Source: Malacoraja senta (Eukaryota). From it: a DNA stretch of 64,000 nucleotides. The notes beneath the pieces are model-generated. The model saw only the letters and a program-made list of their open reading frames with translations. It had not been told where the DNA came from and searched no databases. This document shows positions 62,340 through 64,000 of this stretch, one piece after another (within the stretch, counting starts at the first letter, position 1; the number at the start of each line of letters is the position of its first letter). Location of the stretch: contig CM075982.1 of assembly GCA_038087875.1 (NCBI GenBank), positions 52,142,001 through 52,206,000 of the forward strand, written 5' to 3'. A program made the translations under genes and the position numbers.

Positions 62340-63200
62340 TAGAGAGATTAGAGATTAGAGATTCCTTTATTTGTCATTCAGACCTTTCGGTCTGAACGAA
62401 ATTTCGTTGCCTGCAGCCATACATATAATAATAAATAATAAATAACAAAACACACAATAAACACAAATTAACATCCACCACAGTGAGTTCACCAGGCACC
62501 TCCTCACTGTGATGGAGGCAAAAGTCTTAAAGTCTCTGTCTCTTCCCTCTTTGTTCTCCCTCTGCGCTGAGGCGATCCAGGCTTCTGACGCTGTGACCCC
62601 GCCGGGTGATGGTAAGTCAGTCCCGCGGCTGAATCCGTGCTCCGTCCACGACGGGCCGGTTCAAACTCCGCGGCCCGGGGTGGTCGAAGCTGCCGAAGCT
62701 GCCGCCCTCCAGTCCAGCGGACGCAGCTGTAGTTGCGGGAGCCCCAGAAAAACAGGTCACCCACCTGTGACCTGCGCGCTCCCGACGATGTCGTCCACCG
62801 GGCCCGCGGCCGAGCCTCCGGATTCAGGTCGCCACCAGTGTCCTCGGTCGCCACCGCCGGAACGCCACCGCAGCCCCGAAGTTGGCCAGCCCCGCGCTGG
62901 TAAGTCCTGGCTCTGCCTCCGGAGCCTCGAGGTCGGTCGGTCGGTCGCAGTTGGAGTTGGAGGCCGGCAGCTCCGCCATTAGGCCTCGGCGCAGACGGAG
63001 GCAGAGAAGGGGGATACGACAAAAGTCGCATTCCCCCGAAGGAAGAGACACAAGTCATGTTTCACCCCCCCCCACCCCACACATACACAACCCAATAAAC
63101 TAAAATTTAACTAAAACATGACAAAAGAAAACAACAAAAAAAGTAAAAACAGACGGACTGCAGGCGAGCCGCTGCTGTTCGACAGCGCCGCCACTTCCGG
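62340..63200 (-). mobile_element. Non-autonomous retroposon related to 4729-5570
   Basis: Shared head and hairpin tail; (TCTCTAA)n tail; head begins ccggaagtggcggcg. Confidence 0.7.
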
Positions 63201-63324
63201 AGGTGTGCAAAATGAGAAGGTCATGGATAAAATGAATGCTCCCAGTCTTTTTCCCAAGGTAAAGCATTTTAAATCTAGAGGACATAGGCTTAAGTTTGTG
63301 AGGGGAAGGATTTATGATGAACCT

Positions 63325-63620
63325 CAGGGGCAACACCATGGTGCAGCAGTAGAACTGCTGTCTCAGCGCCAAAGACCTGGGTTGAATCCTGACTGCAGGT
63401 GCTGTCTGTATGGAGATTGTTCATTCTCCCTGAATGACCATGTGGGTTTTCCCCAGGTACTCTGTGGTTTCCTCCCACATTCCGTATATGTGCAGGTTCA
63501 TGGGTTAATTGGCCTCAGTAAAGTGTCTCTGGTGTGTAGTATAGAACTAGTGTATGGGTGATCATTGGTAGGTGCAGACAGTGGGCTGAAGGGCCTGTTT
63601 TCATGCTGTGTCACTGTATT
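63325..63620 (+). mobile_element. V-SINE inserted in a CR1 3' fragment (63205-63870)
   Basis: caccatggtgcagcagtagaac, gggttgaatcct, V-SINE core, CR1-type tail. Confidence 0.8.
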
Positions 63621-64000
63621 TCGAAATTTTCACTCAGATAATAGTCTGTATCCAGAATGAGTTGCCAGAGGAAGCTATTATGCCAGCGGATGCAATTATG
63701 ACTTTTAAAAGAAATTTAGAGAGATACATAGTTAAGAAGTGTTTAGAGGGCCAAGGGCCAAATGCAGGATAGTGAGACTATCGCAATGTGCCAACTTTGT
63801 CGACATGGAAAAGGTGGGCGGAAGGGCCTGTTTCCGTATTGCGCAGCCAGATGACTCGGTGACTCTTTATATTCATGTAAGATACAATTTGCCTCAATAA
63901 CTTGCAAAAAACAGTTTATCACTGTATCTGTACACATGACAATAATAAACCAATTATTTTTCAATTCAATTAATTCAATCAATTCTCGACCCGTATCGTC

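Overview
Repeat-dense vertebrate genomic DNA, most likely from a cartilaginous fish (skate/ray-like). This is inferred from HE1-like V-SINEs, abundant CR1 and Rex1/Babar LINEs, and Neptune-type Penelope elements. No intact host gene exon could be recognised. The main feature is a ~9.6 kb minus-strand retrovirus-like LTR element (33171-42804). It has a 1332-bp 3' LTR, a truncated 5' LTR, a tRNA-Arg(UCG) primer binding site and a polypurine tract. Gag has a coiled coil, a PPxY late motif and a CCHC knuckle, and is followed by an in-frame UGA and pol (protease, RT with YVDD, dead RNase H tether, second active RNase H, integrase). In the env position it carries a degenerate signal-peptide/immunoglobulin-domain glycoprotein gene, whose initiator ATG appears to come from a splice donor inside the LTR. 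The element is flanked by a 206-bp duplication instead of a short TSD. Other notable items: an uninterrupted ~1000-codon Penelope (RT + GIY-YIG) ORF with a minimal hammerhead motif and many short hammerhead-bearing copies; a young CR1 nested in a Penelope relic; a TDP2 exon-1-like fragment fused to a CR1 3' tail; and two non-autonomous elements sharing ends, with a covarying 3' hairpin, but differing in their GC-rich cores. Boundaries of degenerate repeats are approximate, and family assignments come from motif recognition, not database searches.
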